47,138 bases of DNA. Origin: an uncultured Smithella sp. Lineage in GTDB: Bacteria > Desulfobacterota > Syntrophia > Syntrophales > Smithellaceae. A program made the translations under genes and the position numbers. Below the pieces are notes generated by a model that searched no databases, was not told where the DNA came from, and worked only from the letters and a program-made list of their open reading frames with translations. Location of the stretch: the NCBI GenBank assembly GCA_964405915.1, contig CAYOPU010000001.1, positions 1 to 47,138 on the forward strand. The letters run 5' to 3'. Each line of letters begins with the position of its first letter. Positions within the stretch are counted from its first letter, which is position 1. Positions 25,810 to 34,647 of this stretch are shown in pieces.

Positions 25810-27186
25810 CTATTTTCCGGCCTCCGCACCGTTATTCATGATCGTCTCTACATAGCTGCGGCCGTATGTGGCAAAGGGCGCCAGAAGATCGCGGGCCTCC
25901 GTGATTAATTGATCTGCCGCGGTCTGACCTTTTTCCGTTTTGATTTTCTCGACGATTTGTCCTCTTTCCGCGGATGTCCCCAGTTCGAAATCAGGATCGG
26001 AAACGAATTTCTTCGGCATATATTCTTCCAGCGCCGTATCCAGTTTCTCCGCTTTGTCGTGCGATGTTTTGGCGACAACATGGCGGGGGATCGTATCCAC
26101 GTATGGCGGAACTTCTTTTGCCGATTGCAGAACCGTCAGGATGGGATTATTCTTTTCTTTATCCCGATAGGCTCTTTGCAGGATGACCTGCACAAATTTT
26201 TCTATCGCCGCGTGCCGGTTCGAAACGAGCTGGATGGCGTTAGCCTGGGGGCTGTGAATGCCGATCATATCTACCGTGTTGATCCAGATCGCGTGCGCGG
26301 TGCTGATGCCGGGCAGAACGGTGGCGTGATATGGTTGGGTCAGATCCGCAAGATAATGCAGCCCCCAGCCGGAGAATCTCCAACCCCAGTAGGGATGGCC
26401 TGTTTGGAAAGCGAATTGGGCCAGTTTCTTATAAAGATGGATGCGGAATTCGGGATAGGTTTTTCTCAGAAAACCGGCAAGGGAATACATAATTCCTGCT
26501 TCATGGTAAAATCCCATGTGAAAAGGCGCCTGACTTCCGTATTCCAGATTGGGATTTCCGAAAGGCTGGGTTCCCAATCCGTAAATCTTGCCGAACTCCG
26601 TTTTATTGTCTTCAAAAAGTCCGATATCAATTCCCAGAAGATCCGGTTCGTCCGAAGCGCTGGTAACAATGTCCAATGGACGCGCCATATCACCCGGTTT
26701 TAATCCGGCAAAAATGATTCCGCTCCAATCGGATGTATCCCGCAGAAAGGTAAGTTCTTGATGCTGAATCAATGGTTTCCCATCCGTTTCTTCTCCCGGA
26801 ATCATTTGCAGGTAAAGAGGAAATTTAGTCGTCGGGTTGACACGGATGGCATGACAGAAGCGAAGAAGACTGTCATCGCGGTTTCCTGTGGCTTTGAACA
26901 TCAGGGAATCGGGCAACGGCGCATACCATTGAAGATTTTTTTTCGCCCATGCTTCTTCTTCGGCAAGCAAAGATTCCAGTTTCTTTTCTTCGGCGCTGAT
27001 GAAGGATTCCAGGCTTTCCACGGCAACCGGTGGAGCGTTGCGCACTTCCGGCATGCTTCCGGCAACAGCGTAAGTAATCAGGGGATGCTCGCTCCAGGCC
27101 CAAACGGCTGTTGATGGCCAGAAGAATAAAAACATCAAGAATAGCATGGCTATCCATTTTTTCCGCAACATTGTCGGATTCATCAT
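25810..27186 (-). CDS. exported zinc-dependent phospholipase C / P1-nuclease-superfamily-like protein
   Basis: Signal peptide ending AVWA, followed by WSEH (a mature N-terminal Trp plus nearby His, as in zinc PLCs). GLHYLADLTQPYHAT matches the H-Y-x-x-D-x-x-x-P-x-H zinc motif (compare HYLGDVNQPMHA in clostridial alpha-toxin). RBS AGGAGGG lies 7 nt upstream. Confidence 0.75.
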   Translation of the reverse strand: MMNPTMLRKKWIAMLFLMFLFFWPSTAVWAWSEHPLITYAVAGSMPEVRNAPPVAVESLESFISAEEKKLESLLAEEEAWAKKNLQWYAPLPDSLMFKATGNRDDSLLRFCHAIRVNPTTKFPLYLQMIPGEETDGKPLIQHQELTFLRDTSDWSGIIFAGLKPGDMARPLDIVTSASDEPDLLGIDIGLFEDNKTEFGKIYGLGTQPFGNPNLEYGSQAPFHMGFYHEAGIMYSLAGFLRKTYPEFRIHLYKKLAQFAFQTGHPYWGWRFSGWGLHYLADLTQPYHATVLPGISTAHAIWINTVDMIGIHSPQANAIQLVSNRHAAIEKFVQVILQRAYRDKEKNNPILTVLQSAKEVPPYVDTIPRHVVAKTSHDKAEKLDTALEEYMPKKFVSDPDFELGTSAERGQIVEKIKTEKGQTAADQLITEARDLLAPFATYGRSYVETIMNNGAEAGK

Positions 27187-27222
27187 GTCATTTCCCTCCT
27201 AACGGCCTCTAGAATCATGGGT

Positions 27223-28113
27223 TTATTTTATTGATCGAACCGCTTTAAGACAAGCCACACAAACGCCTTCGGACTGATAATGATCCCCCGGAACAGCTAT
27301 TCCTCCGGCCTTTTCGCCAATATTAACCATGAAATTACCCTCGGCGCAGCGATCGGCGCTCCAGAGATACCAACAATAATTTTTGATATCAAAAACGGGG
27401 TCCAGATAGCTTTGCCTGCCGCTGTCCATTTTACCGCTGGGTTTTTGTTCAACCAGAGACGCGATTTCATTCAGCGTTGGGATTCGCCAATCGGAATAAC
27501 CGGCAAATTTTCTTCCATTGAGTTGTTCGATGTGTTGTTTTACTTCCAGAATGTTTTCCCTGATATCATAAGAACGCATCCACATTAACCCGGTTTTCAA
27601 ATCGGAGATCGTTCCATCTTCGTTGTTGACATACTTGTTTTCAATGTTACCCGTGGAAACGCTGTTCCATAATTCACTGGCTTCCCTGAAGGTGACAAAT
27701 GCTTTCGGTTGCGGCCGCAATTTCCCCCAGAGCTTGCCTTGTTCAGGTTTCTCTTCGCCAACCTGAACTTTTCCCGACAAGACAACCTGATAAGTGCCGT
27801 CTTTCTGATATCCGATATCGATGATTTGAAAACCGGACAGTAAAACAGCGTTCGCCCTGCTTTCCACCATATCGTATTTCAGCTGAAAATTTTCGACTTG
27901 GGTGATCGCTTTAACGGACACGCCGGCTCTTTCAATTGCCTGCAATTTGGCATTCATCACCGCTTCTTGATAATCGCGGTCATGGCTGGTTTTCACGCCG
28001 TCGTCAATGCCTTTGATCAGCACTTCTATGGTTTCAGCAAAAATGAATCCGGGCTGGCACGCGATCATTATGCATAAAACAAAAAGCAATATTATTTTTC
28101 TCATCAGGGCCAT
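27223..28113 (-). CDS. exported/lipoprotein with a C-terminal DUF1566 (Lcl C-terminal-like) domain
   Basis: N-terminus MRKIILLFVLCIMIAC. The C-terminal half has DUF1566-like features (TGLMWMRS, GYSDWRIPTLNEIASL, YLWSAD). The true start may be the second ATG at 28104 (AGGA 8 nt upstream). Confidence 0.75.
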   Translation of the reverse strand: MALMRKIILLFVLCIMIACQPGFIFAETIEVLIKGIDDGVKTSHDRDYQEAVMNAKLQAIERAGVSVKAITQVENFQLKYDMVESRANAVLLSGFQIIDIGYQKDGTYQVVLSGKVQVGEEKPEQGKLWGKLRPQPKAFVTFREASELWNSVSTGNIENKYVNNEDGTISDLKTGLMWMRSYDIRENILEVKQHIEQLNGRKFAGYSDWRIPTLNEIASLVEQKPSGKMDSGRQSYLDPVFDIKNYCWYLWSADRCAEGNFMVNIGEKAGGIAVPGDHYQSEGVCVACLKAVRSIK

Positions 28114-28226
28114 CCTGCAAAATATTGAAGATGAACGTCTCTATACCATTTCATGAAAATAATAAAGAGGAAGAAACAAATCGTCGTCTTGCAGTCGGTG
28201 TGAACAGCACTTCATCTCGTAGCCGC

Positions 28227-28841
28227 TTAGTACTCGATACCCGCCCGATCCTTGATGCCAGCGGCATAGTGATGCTTGATTTCTTTGATGTCGCTGACCG
28301 TATCGGCCAGTTTGATGATTTGCTTGTCCGCGTAACGGCCGGTGAGAATCATATCCAGCGCCGGCGGCTTGTTTTTAATCAAATCGACAACGTCTTCAAG
28401 GGGGATGAGTTTGAAATCAACCGCCACGTTGATTTCATCGAGGATAATCATGTCATATTTCCCGGAGGCAACCGCTTTTTTCACCAGGTCGAATCCCTGC
28501 CGGGCCAGTGCTATATCTACGGGGGCGGGGTTGTCGCGCATGACAAAGCTGTCCAGACCCGACCGGCGAATGGTCAGCCGCGGCAGATACTTTTCCGCGG
28601 CCACATACTCGCCGTAGGCACGCCCTTTCATAAACTGAAGGATAAAAACTTTATAGCCCTGTCCGACGGCGCGCAGCGCCTGCCCGAAAGCGGCTGTTGT
28701 TTTGCCTTTGCCGTTGCCGGTGATGACGATAACCAGACCCCGGGGCGCCGGGGCGGAAACCGCCAATGGTTTCTCCTGGGTTGTTCCCTTTTTTTTCGCC
28801 GTGCTTTTTTTGGGTGCGTTATTTTTCCCGGCTGGTTTCAT
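28227..28841 (-). CDS. cobO: cob(I)yrinic acid a,c-diamide / cob(I)alamin adenosyltransferase (CobA/CobO/BtuR type)
   Basis: VITGNGKGKTTAAFGQALRAVGQGYKVFILQFMKG is typical of the family. The start overlaps the MeaB stop (ATGA at 28838-28841). Confidence 0.9.
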   Translation of the reverse strand: MKPAGKNNAPKKSTAKKKGTTQEKPLAVSAPAPRGLVIVITGNGKGKTTAAFGQALRAVGQGYKVFILQFMKGRAYGEYVAAEKYLPRLTIRRSGLDSFVMRDNPAPVDIALARQGFDLVKKAVASGKYDMIILDEINVAVDFKLIPLEDVVDLIKNKPPALDMILTGRYADKQIIKLADTVSDIKEIKHHYAAGIKDRAGIEY

Positions 28842-29812
28842 GGCTTTTCTCCTGATTTGAGGAAACGGCGCGCAACGGCTTCCGCTTCAGTATAGGGATC
28901 CGCTTCCCGGTTCTTTACTTTTTGTGCAATTCTCTTCAATTCGCCGCTGTCCGTCAGTTTACCAAGCAGCGGATCGAGAATGCAGGACTTGAGCGCATCG
29001 GAAATTTCGATCAGCGCCTGACGTTCCATACGGTGGGAAAGTTGTCCGCTCGCGAGCAGATGCGCGTGATGATCCGAAATTTTTCGCGCCAGTTCGGCCG
29101 TTTGTTCGGCAAAGGCAGTCGGTTCATACAGGTTGCCGATACTCACGATCGGCGGTTTCCAGGCATCCGGCGTCAGAGGAGAGGCGGCAAGCAGACCGGT
29201 GAGTTCCGTCTGCAATTGTTTTGCGCCAGGGCGGTCGGCTTTGTTGATGGCGAACACATCGGCGATTTCCATAATGCCGGCCTTCATGGTCTGAATTTCA
29301 TCCCCCATGCCGGGCACCAGCACAACGATCACGCTGTGCGCGTGATGGATAATGTCCAGTTCCTGCTGGCCGATGCCGACGGTTTCTACAAGGATGACGT
29401 TCTTGCCCATGGCTTCCATGACGTGGATGGCGTCGCCGGCGGCCTGCGAGAGTCCGCCTAATGCGCCGCGCGTGGCCAGCGACCGGATGAACACGCCTTC
29501 GTCTTCCGCGTGTTTGAGCATGCGGACGCGGTCGCCCAGAATGGCCCCCCCGGAGAAAGGGCTGGTCGGGTCAACGGCCAGAACGCCGACGGTTTTGTTC
29601 CGCTTGCGGAATTCAGTGATGAGCGCGTCGGTCAGAGTGCTTTTGCCTGCGCCGGGCGCGCCGGTGATGCCGATAATAAATGATTTCCCCGTGTGTTGAA
29701 AAAGCTGCTTAAGCCTGGAGCGCGCTTCGGGCATTCTGTCTTCCAGATCCCGGATCAGGCGCGAGGCGGAACGGATGTCGCCTGCGCATATTTTGGCAGT
29801 GGTTTCCGTCAT
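28838..29812 (-). CDS. meaB: acyl-CoA mutase-associated G-protein chaperone (MeaB/ArgK family)
   Basis: The internal ATG at 29810-29812 removes the overlap with the upstream gene. Walker A GITGAPGAGKST, plus DVFAINKAD (NKxD). Confidence 0.9.
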   Translation of the reverse strand: MTETTAKICAGDIRSASRLIRDLEDRMPEARSRLKQLFQHTGKSFIIGITGAPGAGKSTLTDALITEFRKRNKTVGVLAVDPTSPFSGGAILGDRVRMLKHAEDEGVFIRSLATRGALGGLSQAAGDAIHVMEAMGKNVILVETVGIGQQELDIIHHAHSVIVVLVPGMGDEIQTMKAGIMEIADVFAINKADRPGAKQLQTELTGLLAASPLTPDAWKPPIVSIGNLYEPTAFAEQTAELARKISDHHAHLLASGQLSHRMERQALIEISDALKSCILDPLLGKLTDSGELKRIAQKVKNREADPYTEAEAVARRFLKSGEKP

Positions 29813-29819
29813 GTGTTTT

Positions 29820-30233
29820 TTAAGGATGTTCGTCTCTTGTTTGAATGTTGGTGCGGATCCAGTCCACAATGGAGTCGAGCGAAGCGCCGGGCGTAAAAAT
29901 GGCCTTGATGCCCGCGTCGTAAAGCATCTGAAAATCCTGCTCGGGAATGATGCCGCCGCCGATGACGGTAATGTCGGAAGCGTTCTTTTCTTTGAGCAGT
30001 TCGACCACACGCGGAAACAAAATGCGATGCGCGCCGGACAGACAACTCAATCCCACCAGGTCCACGTCTTCCTGAATGGCCGCCGCGGCGACCTGCTCCG
30101 GAGTCTGGTGACAGCCGGTATAAATCACTTCGAAACCCGCGTCGCGAAAGCAGCGGGCCAGAATGCGCGCTCCCCGGTCATGGCCGTCCAGTCCGGGTTT
30201 GGCCACCATCACTCGAATTTTTCTTGCCGACAT
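29820..30233 (-). CDS. acyl-CoA mutase small subunit (cobalamin-binding domain)
   Basis: The ATG at 30231-30233 follows AAGGAGA. The product starts MSARKIRVMVAKPGLDGHDRGARI, containing the DxHxxG B12-binding motif. Confidence 0.9.
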   Translation of the reverse strand: MSARKIRVMVAKPGLDGHDRGARILARCFRDAGFEVIYTGCHQTPEQVAAAAIQEDVDLVGLSCLSGAHRILFPRVVELLKEKNASDITVIGGGIIPEQDFQMLYDAGIKAIFTPGASLDSIVDWIRTNIQTRDEHP

Positions 30234-30244
30234 AAAGTTCTCCT

Positions 30245-31927
30245 TTAATACAGGCCGGGGTCCCTGTACTCCCCGTAAACTTCGCGATAGACGTCGCAGA
30301 TTTCCTGCTGTGTTGCCAGATTCTTCACTGCTGCAATACAACAAGGCATCACGTTTGTCCCGGTTTTGCAGGCGGTGCGGATGTCGGTCAGAGATTGCTT
30401 GACGGCGCGGTTATCACGCTTGCGTCGGGCATCCTGCAGCCTTTTGATTTGTTCCTCACCCATTTTTTCATCGATCTCCACCAGTGGCATGGTATGCTGT
30501 TCTTCCGTAACATACTTATTGACACCGACCATAATTTTTTCATTCGCATCCAGTTGCCTTTGAAACCGGTAAGCCGCTTCGGCAATTTCCATCTGTGGAA
30601 ACCCCTTTTCGATGGCGGCCACCATGCCGCCCATTTCGTCAATTTTATGGATATATTCCCAGGCTTTTTCTTCCATTTCATTCGTCAGAGATTCAATAAA
30701 ATAGGAACCGGCCAGCGGATCGATGGTGTTGGCGACTCCGGTTTCTTCTGCCAGAATCTGCTGCGTGCGCAGCGCGATTTCCACGGCATGCTCGGAAGGC
30801 AGGCAGAGAACTTCATCCAGCGAATTGGTATGGAGGGATTGCGTGCCGCCCAGGATGGCCGCCAGGGCTTGTGTTGTTGTGCGGACGACATTGTTGTACG
30901 GTTGCTGAGCGGTCAGTGAACACCCCGCCGTTTGTGTGTGGAAACGCAGCCACCAGGACCGAGGATTTTTTGCACCGAAACGATCCTTCATGATTTTTGC
31001 CCACATACGTCTGGCTGCCCGCATCTTGCAGATTTCCTCAAAGAAATCGATGTGGGAGTTGAAAAAGAAAGAAAGACGCGGCGCAAAATCATCCACATCC
31101 ATTTTCTTGCGGCGGATGACGTCTTCGACGTATTCGATGCCGTCGCGCAGCGTGAAGGCCAGTTCCTGTATGGCGGTGGCGCCGGCTTCACGGATATGAT
31201 AGCCGCTGATGCTGATGGTGTTCCAGTGGGGGACGTACTTCGCGCCGAACTCCACCGTGTCGCTGATGAGTTTGATAGAGGGTTCCGGCGGGCACATGAA
31301 CGTCTTTTGCGCGATGAATTCCTTGAGCATGTCATTCTGGATGGTGCCGCCGATTTTGGCAAGCGGCACGCCCTTGGCGTCCGCGGCTGCGCAATACATC
31401 GCCCAGAGGATGGTGGCCGGGGGATTGATGGTCATGGACGTGGTGACCTGATCCAGCGGAATCCCGTCGATCAGCTCCAGAAAATCCTCCAGCGTATCAA
31501 TGGCCACCCCGCATTTGCCCACTTCGCCCAGTGCTTTGGGGGAATCGCTGTCGTAGCCCATGAGCGTCGGAAAATCGAAAGCCGTGCTGAGCCCCGTCTG
31601 GCCTTCGCGGAGCAGCATGCGCCAGCGGGCGTTGGTGTCACATGCGCTGCCCATTCCGGAAAACATGCGGAAGGTCCAGTGCCGTCCACGGTAACCCGTT
31701 ACCTGATTGCCGCGCAGGTAGGGAAATTCACCCGGTACGCCGATGTCCCGGACAAAATCCACACCTTTTAAATCTTCAGGCGTGTAGAGTCTTTTAATGT
31801 CCAGGTCGGAAACGGTCGAAAAACGGTCTTTCCGGTCGGGATGGCTTTTCAGTGTTTCCTGAACCTCATCCTGCCATTTTCCGGTCAGACGCTGAGATTT
31901 TTTTTGTGTTTCATCCGAGAAATACAA
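30245..31927 (-). CDS. B12-dependent acyl-CoA mutase large (substrate-binding TIM barrel) subunit, isobutyryl-CoA-mutase-like signature
   Basis: 560 aa, colinear with the methylmalonyl-CoA mutase catalytic domain (TAFDFPTLMGYDSD, GTIQNDMLKEF, SISGYHIREAGA, LHTNSLDE). TTG start preceded by GGGGGGG. Specificity positions read RMFSG and IAQKT (see findings). Confidence 0.9.
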   Translation of the reverse strand: MYFSDETQKKSQRLTGKWQDEVQETLKSHPDRKDRFSTVSDLDIKRLYTPEDLKGVDFVRDIGVPGEFPYLRGNQVTGYRGRHWTFRMFSGMGSACDTNARWRMLLREGQTGLSTAFDFPTLMGYDSDSPKALGEVGKCGVAIDTLEDFLELIDGIPLDQVTTSMTINPPATILWAMYCAAADAKGVPLAKIGGTIQNDMLKEFIAQKTFMCPPEPSIKLISDTVEFGAKYVPHWNTISISGYHIREAGATAIQELAFTLRDGIEYVEDVIRRKKMDVDDFAPRLSFFFNSHIDFFEEICKMRAARRMWAKIMKDRFGAKNPRSWWLRFHTQTAGCSLTAQQPYNNVVRTTTQALAAILGGTQSLHTNSLDEVLCLPSEHAVEIALRTQQILAEETGVANTIDPLAGSYFIESLTNEMEEKAWEYIHKIDEMGGMVAAIEKGFPQMEIAEAAYRFQRQLDANEKIMVGVNKYVTEEQHTMPLVEIDEKMGEEQIKRLQDARRKRDNRAVKQSLTDIRTACKTGTNVMPCCIAAVKNLATQQEICDVYREVYGEYRDPGLY

Positions 31928-31997
31928 TTTGCCCCCCCTGTTGATATGGTCATTACGGGGAAATCACCCCGGGACTGCCATCTGAAAAACGTACCAG

Positions 31998-32025
31998 AAT
32001 TATCTTAAGTGTTCTATTTTTGTCA
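31998..32025 (-). promoter_or_regulatory. sigma70-type promoter candidate for the mutase operon
   Basis: On the reverse strand: TTGACA (32025-32020), 16-nt spacer, GATAAT (32003-31998), about 70 nt upstream of the TTG start. Confidence 0.5.
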
Positions 32026-32072
32026 AGGAATATTAAGATTTGCGCCGAGGGGATGATCGTGGCGACAAATAA

Positions 32073-32101
32073 AAAGGCGGGTCAAATTGGGCCCTGCCTT
32101 T
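32073..32101 (-). terminator. rho-independent terminator candidate after the START-like gene
   Basis: The reverse strand reads AAAGGCAGGGCCCAATTTGACCCGCCTTTTATTTGT, a GC stem with one bulge followed by a T-rich tail. Confidence 0.5.
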
Positions 32102-32123
32102 CTATTTACGGGAGGGCGGGGTT

Positions 32124-32831
32124 TTACTTATGACCTGCCTTGAATTTAGCGCTTTCCTCCGCCATTTTGTTGTATTTATTTGTTTTAGCGGCTTCGGTAT
32201 ATTGACTCCTTTTCGCCATTTTCGCCATTTTCTTTAAAGATTTTAAAGGGATTTCTGAGATCGTTTTGTTGGCAAGGCCTGACGGCACGCCTTTGCCCAG
32301 GTCCGGATCTATCATAAACGTTACCCGGGTGTGTTCCCGATCAACCCATTCAAGGGTGAATAATGAATTGAAGGAGGGCATTCTGACGTATCCTTTGCCC
32401 GCATCGTAGGACATATCATTGGTGGAGTCGCCGTAAATAAGATTCTTGCCATTTTTCACATCAATGATGGTTTTGCTTTTAAGGACCATATCCCTGTCGG
32501 TAAGCAGCGTAAGATGCTGGCGGAACCAGAATATAAAAACATCTTTTTCGTCATCCACAACTTTCAATATTTTTGTTGCTTTGCAATCTTCCATCCATCC
32601 GGGATAATTTTCAATATCTCTAAGGATAGTGCCGATGACTTCGATTCTGGCCGGTATCGTGCATGTCGTTTTAGCCGCGATATAATCTCTGCCGGGAACT
32701 ACGCTGGTATATATCTGGCAGCCGTCTTCCGTATCGACACGTTTCCATTGGTACTTGTCAGCGGCAAAACCTGTTGTAGCCGTGAGCAAAAACATCAGCG
32801 CCAGGGTCATGACAACATTTCTTTTAGCCAT
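32124..32831 (-). CDS. exported START/SRPBCC-like lipid-binding-fold protein with a Lys-rich C-terminal tail
   Basis: The ATG at 32829-32831 follows AGGAGG. Signal-like MAKRNVVMTLALMFLLTATTGFA. START-like features W-x-RV...GCQIY, DIENYPGWMEDC and LTDRDMV. The family call is by resemblance only. Confidence 0.65.
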   Translation of the reverse strand: MAKRNVVMTLALMFLLTATTGFAADKYQWKRVDTEDGCQIYTSVVPGRDYIAAKTTCTIPARIEVIGTILRDIENYPGWMEDCKATKILKVVDDEKDVFIFWFRQHLTLLTDRDMVLKSKTIIDVKNGKNLIYGDSTNDMSYDAGKGYVRMPSFNSLFTLEWVDREHTRVTFMIDPDLGKGVPSGLANKTISEIPLKSLKKMAKMAKRSQYTEAAKTNKYNKMAEESAKFKAGHK

Positions 32832-32920
32832 AAAATCCTCCTGATTGGTATTATGTCTGTCATCTTGCACATTTTCTGCAATAGTTCAATCATTCGATCA
32901 TGATTTCAACCGCTTCTCTA

Positions 32921-32949
32921 TTGACAGAAGAGAGAAACGGGCATATAGC
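32921..32949 (+). promoter_or_regulatory. sigma70-type promoter candidate for sufC/sufBD
   Basis: TTGACA (32921-32926), 17-nt spacer, TATAGC (32944-32949). Confidence 0.5.
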
Positions 32950-32987
32950 CAAACCTAATATTGTTATAGAAAAGGCAGACCAGTGTT

Positions 32988-33746
32988 ATGTTGGAATTAA
33001 AAAATTTGTATTTTTCAGTGCCGGAAAACGGGGAAAACGGCGGCAACCTGCGTAACATCATTGACGGAATCAATTTCACTTTTGAAGACGGCAAATTTTA
33101 CGCGATCACCGGACCGAACGGCAGTGGCAAGACCACGCTGGCTAAATTGATCATGGGCGTTAATCCGATATCGCAGGGAGCGATTATTTTCAATCGTCAG
33201 GATATTTCCGCTCTAACCATTACCGAACGGGCCAAAGCGGGTATTGCCTACAGCTTTCAACAGCCGGCGCGCTTCAAGGGAATCACCTTTCGCGATCTGC
33301 TAAAAATTGCCACCGGTATTGAAGAGGAAAACAAGCTTCTGGAAATTCTTGGACGAGTGGGCATTTGTCCCTTGTCATTTTTGGATAAAGAGGTGGACGC
33401 CAAGCTTTCCGGAGGGGAAATTAAAAAAATCGAACTGGCCACAACTATTGCCGCCAACCCTAAACTGGCCATTTACGATGAACCGGACACGGGGATCGAT
33501 TTATGGACCATCGGTCCGATGGTGAGTCTTCTGAAAAAAGAACTGGCCGAAAATCACACCACCACCATTGTCGTAAGTCATAATAAGGCCTTTTTGGAGG
33601 CGGCGGATGTGGTGATCATTATTAATTCCGGCCGGATTGCCTACCATGGAAACCTGGAAGGCGCTATGCCGCTTCTGGATGATTTGAGTGTGTGCACTTA
33701 CCGGGACAGCTGTGAAGGAGATCGTGATGCTGGATGCTATAGATAA
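32988..33746 (+). CDS. sufC: SufC-like Fe-S cluster assembly ATPase (ABC ATPase)
   Basis: Walker A GPNGSGKTT, ABC signature LSGGEIKK and Walker B LAIYDEPDTGIDL. It has no transmembrane partner and is followed by a SufB/D-family gene. Confidence 0.85.
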   Translation: MLELKNLYFSVPENGENGGNLRNIIDGINFTFEDGKFYAITGPNGSGKTTLAKLIMGVNPISQGAIIFNRQDISALTITERAKAGIAYSFQQPARFKGITFRDLLKIATGIEEENKLLEILGRVGICPLSFLDKEVDAKLSGGEIKKIELATTIAANPKLAIYDEPDTGIDLWTIGPMVSLLKKELAENHTTTIVVSHNKAFLEAADVVIIINSGRIAYHGNLEGAMPLLDDLSVCTYRDSCEGDRDAGCYR

Positions 33747-34647
33747 ATCATTGTTAAAAACGGTTGCCGACCTGGAAGAATTGCCCAAAGGCGCCTACAA
33801 TATACGAAAAAACGGCAAGCTCCTGAGCCGTCATGTATCGGCCAATATCAATATTGAAACCAATGCCGATGAGACGGGCATTATTATCAAAATCAAACCG
33901 GGAACGAAAAACGAATCGGTTCATATTCCTGTTATTTTGAGTCAGGCTGGTCTCTATGACGTGGTTTATAACGCCTTTATCATTGGCGACGATGCCGAAG
34001 TGACCATCGTCGCCGGCTGCGGGATTCACTGCGGTTCGTCCGAACCGGAAGGTCACGCAGGCATTCATGAATTCAGGGTCGGCAAAAGGGCGAAAGTGAC
34101 CTACGTTGAAAAACATTATGCTTCAGGCGAAGGCCGGGGCCGCAAAACGCTTAACCCGACCACCAAAGTCTTTCTGGCCGAAGGTGCGCACGCAGAAATG
34201 GAGTTAACGCAAATTGCCGGCGTCGATGAAGCCAACAGGGTCAATGAAGCGGTTTTGGGACCGGACAGTCTTCTGCTGATTACGGAAAGGGTTCTCACGG
34301 ATGGTGATCAGACAGCAGTCTCCAAGAACAATATTGTTTTGAAAGGCGCGGGGAGCCGCGCCAATATGATTTCGCGCTCGGTGATGAAGGGCAATTCCAA
34401 ACAGACTTTTTACGCGCTGATGGATGCGCAAAACAGATGTTTCGGTCATATTGAATGCGATGCGATTATCATGGACAACGGAACCAATGAGACGATGCCG
34501 TCGCTGAAGGCCGGCCATCCGGATGCGGAATTAACGCATGAAGCCTCGATCGGTAAAATAGCGAGCGATCAACTGACCAAACTGATGAGCCTGGGATTGA
34601 CGTATGACCAGGCGGTGAACCGGATTATCCAGGGTTTCCTGAAATAA
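33727..34647 (+). CDS. SufB/SufD-family Fe-S cluster assembly scaffold protein
   Basis: The ATG at 33727 follows GAAGGAG and overlaps the sufC end by 20 nt. The C-terminal half is SufBD-like (HIECDAIIMD, LTHEASIGKIASDQLTKLMSLGLTYDQAVNRIIQGF). Confidence 0.85.
   Translation: MLDAIDKSLLKTVADLEELPKGAYNIRKNGKLLSRHVSANINIETNADETGIIIKIKPGTKNESVHIPVILSQAGLYDVVYNAFIIGDDAEVTIVAGCGIHCGSSEPEGHAGIHEFRVGKRAKVTYVEKHYASGEGRGRKTLNPTTKVFLAEGAHAEMELTQIAGVDEANRVNEAVLGPDSLLLITERVLTDGDQTAVSKNNIVLKGAGSRANMISRSVMKGNSKQTFYALMDAQNRCFGHIECDAIIMDNGTNETMPSLKAGHPDAELTHEASIGKIASDQLTKLMSLGLTYDQAVNRIIQGFLK

Noticed and set aside
31928-32020. Cobalamin riboswitch upstream of the B12-dependent mutase operon.
   Set aside because: The predicted leader is only about 70 nt and contains no B12-box-like sequence. 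It has only a small CGGGG/CCCCG hairpin.
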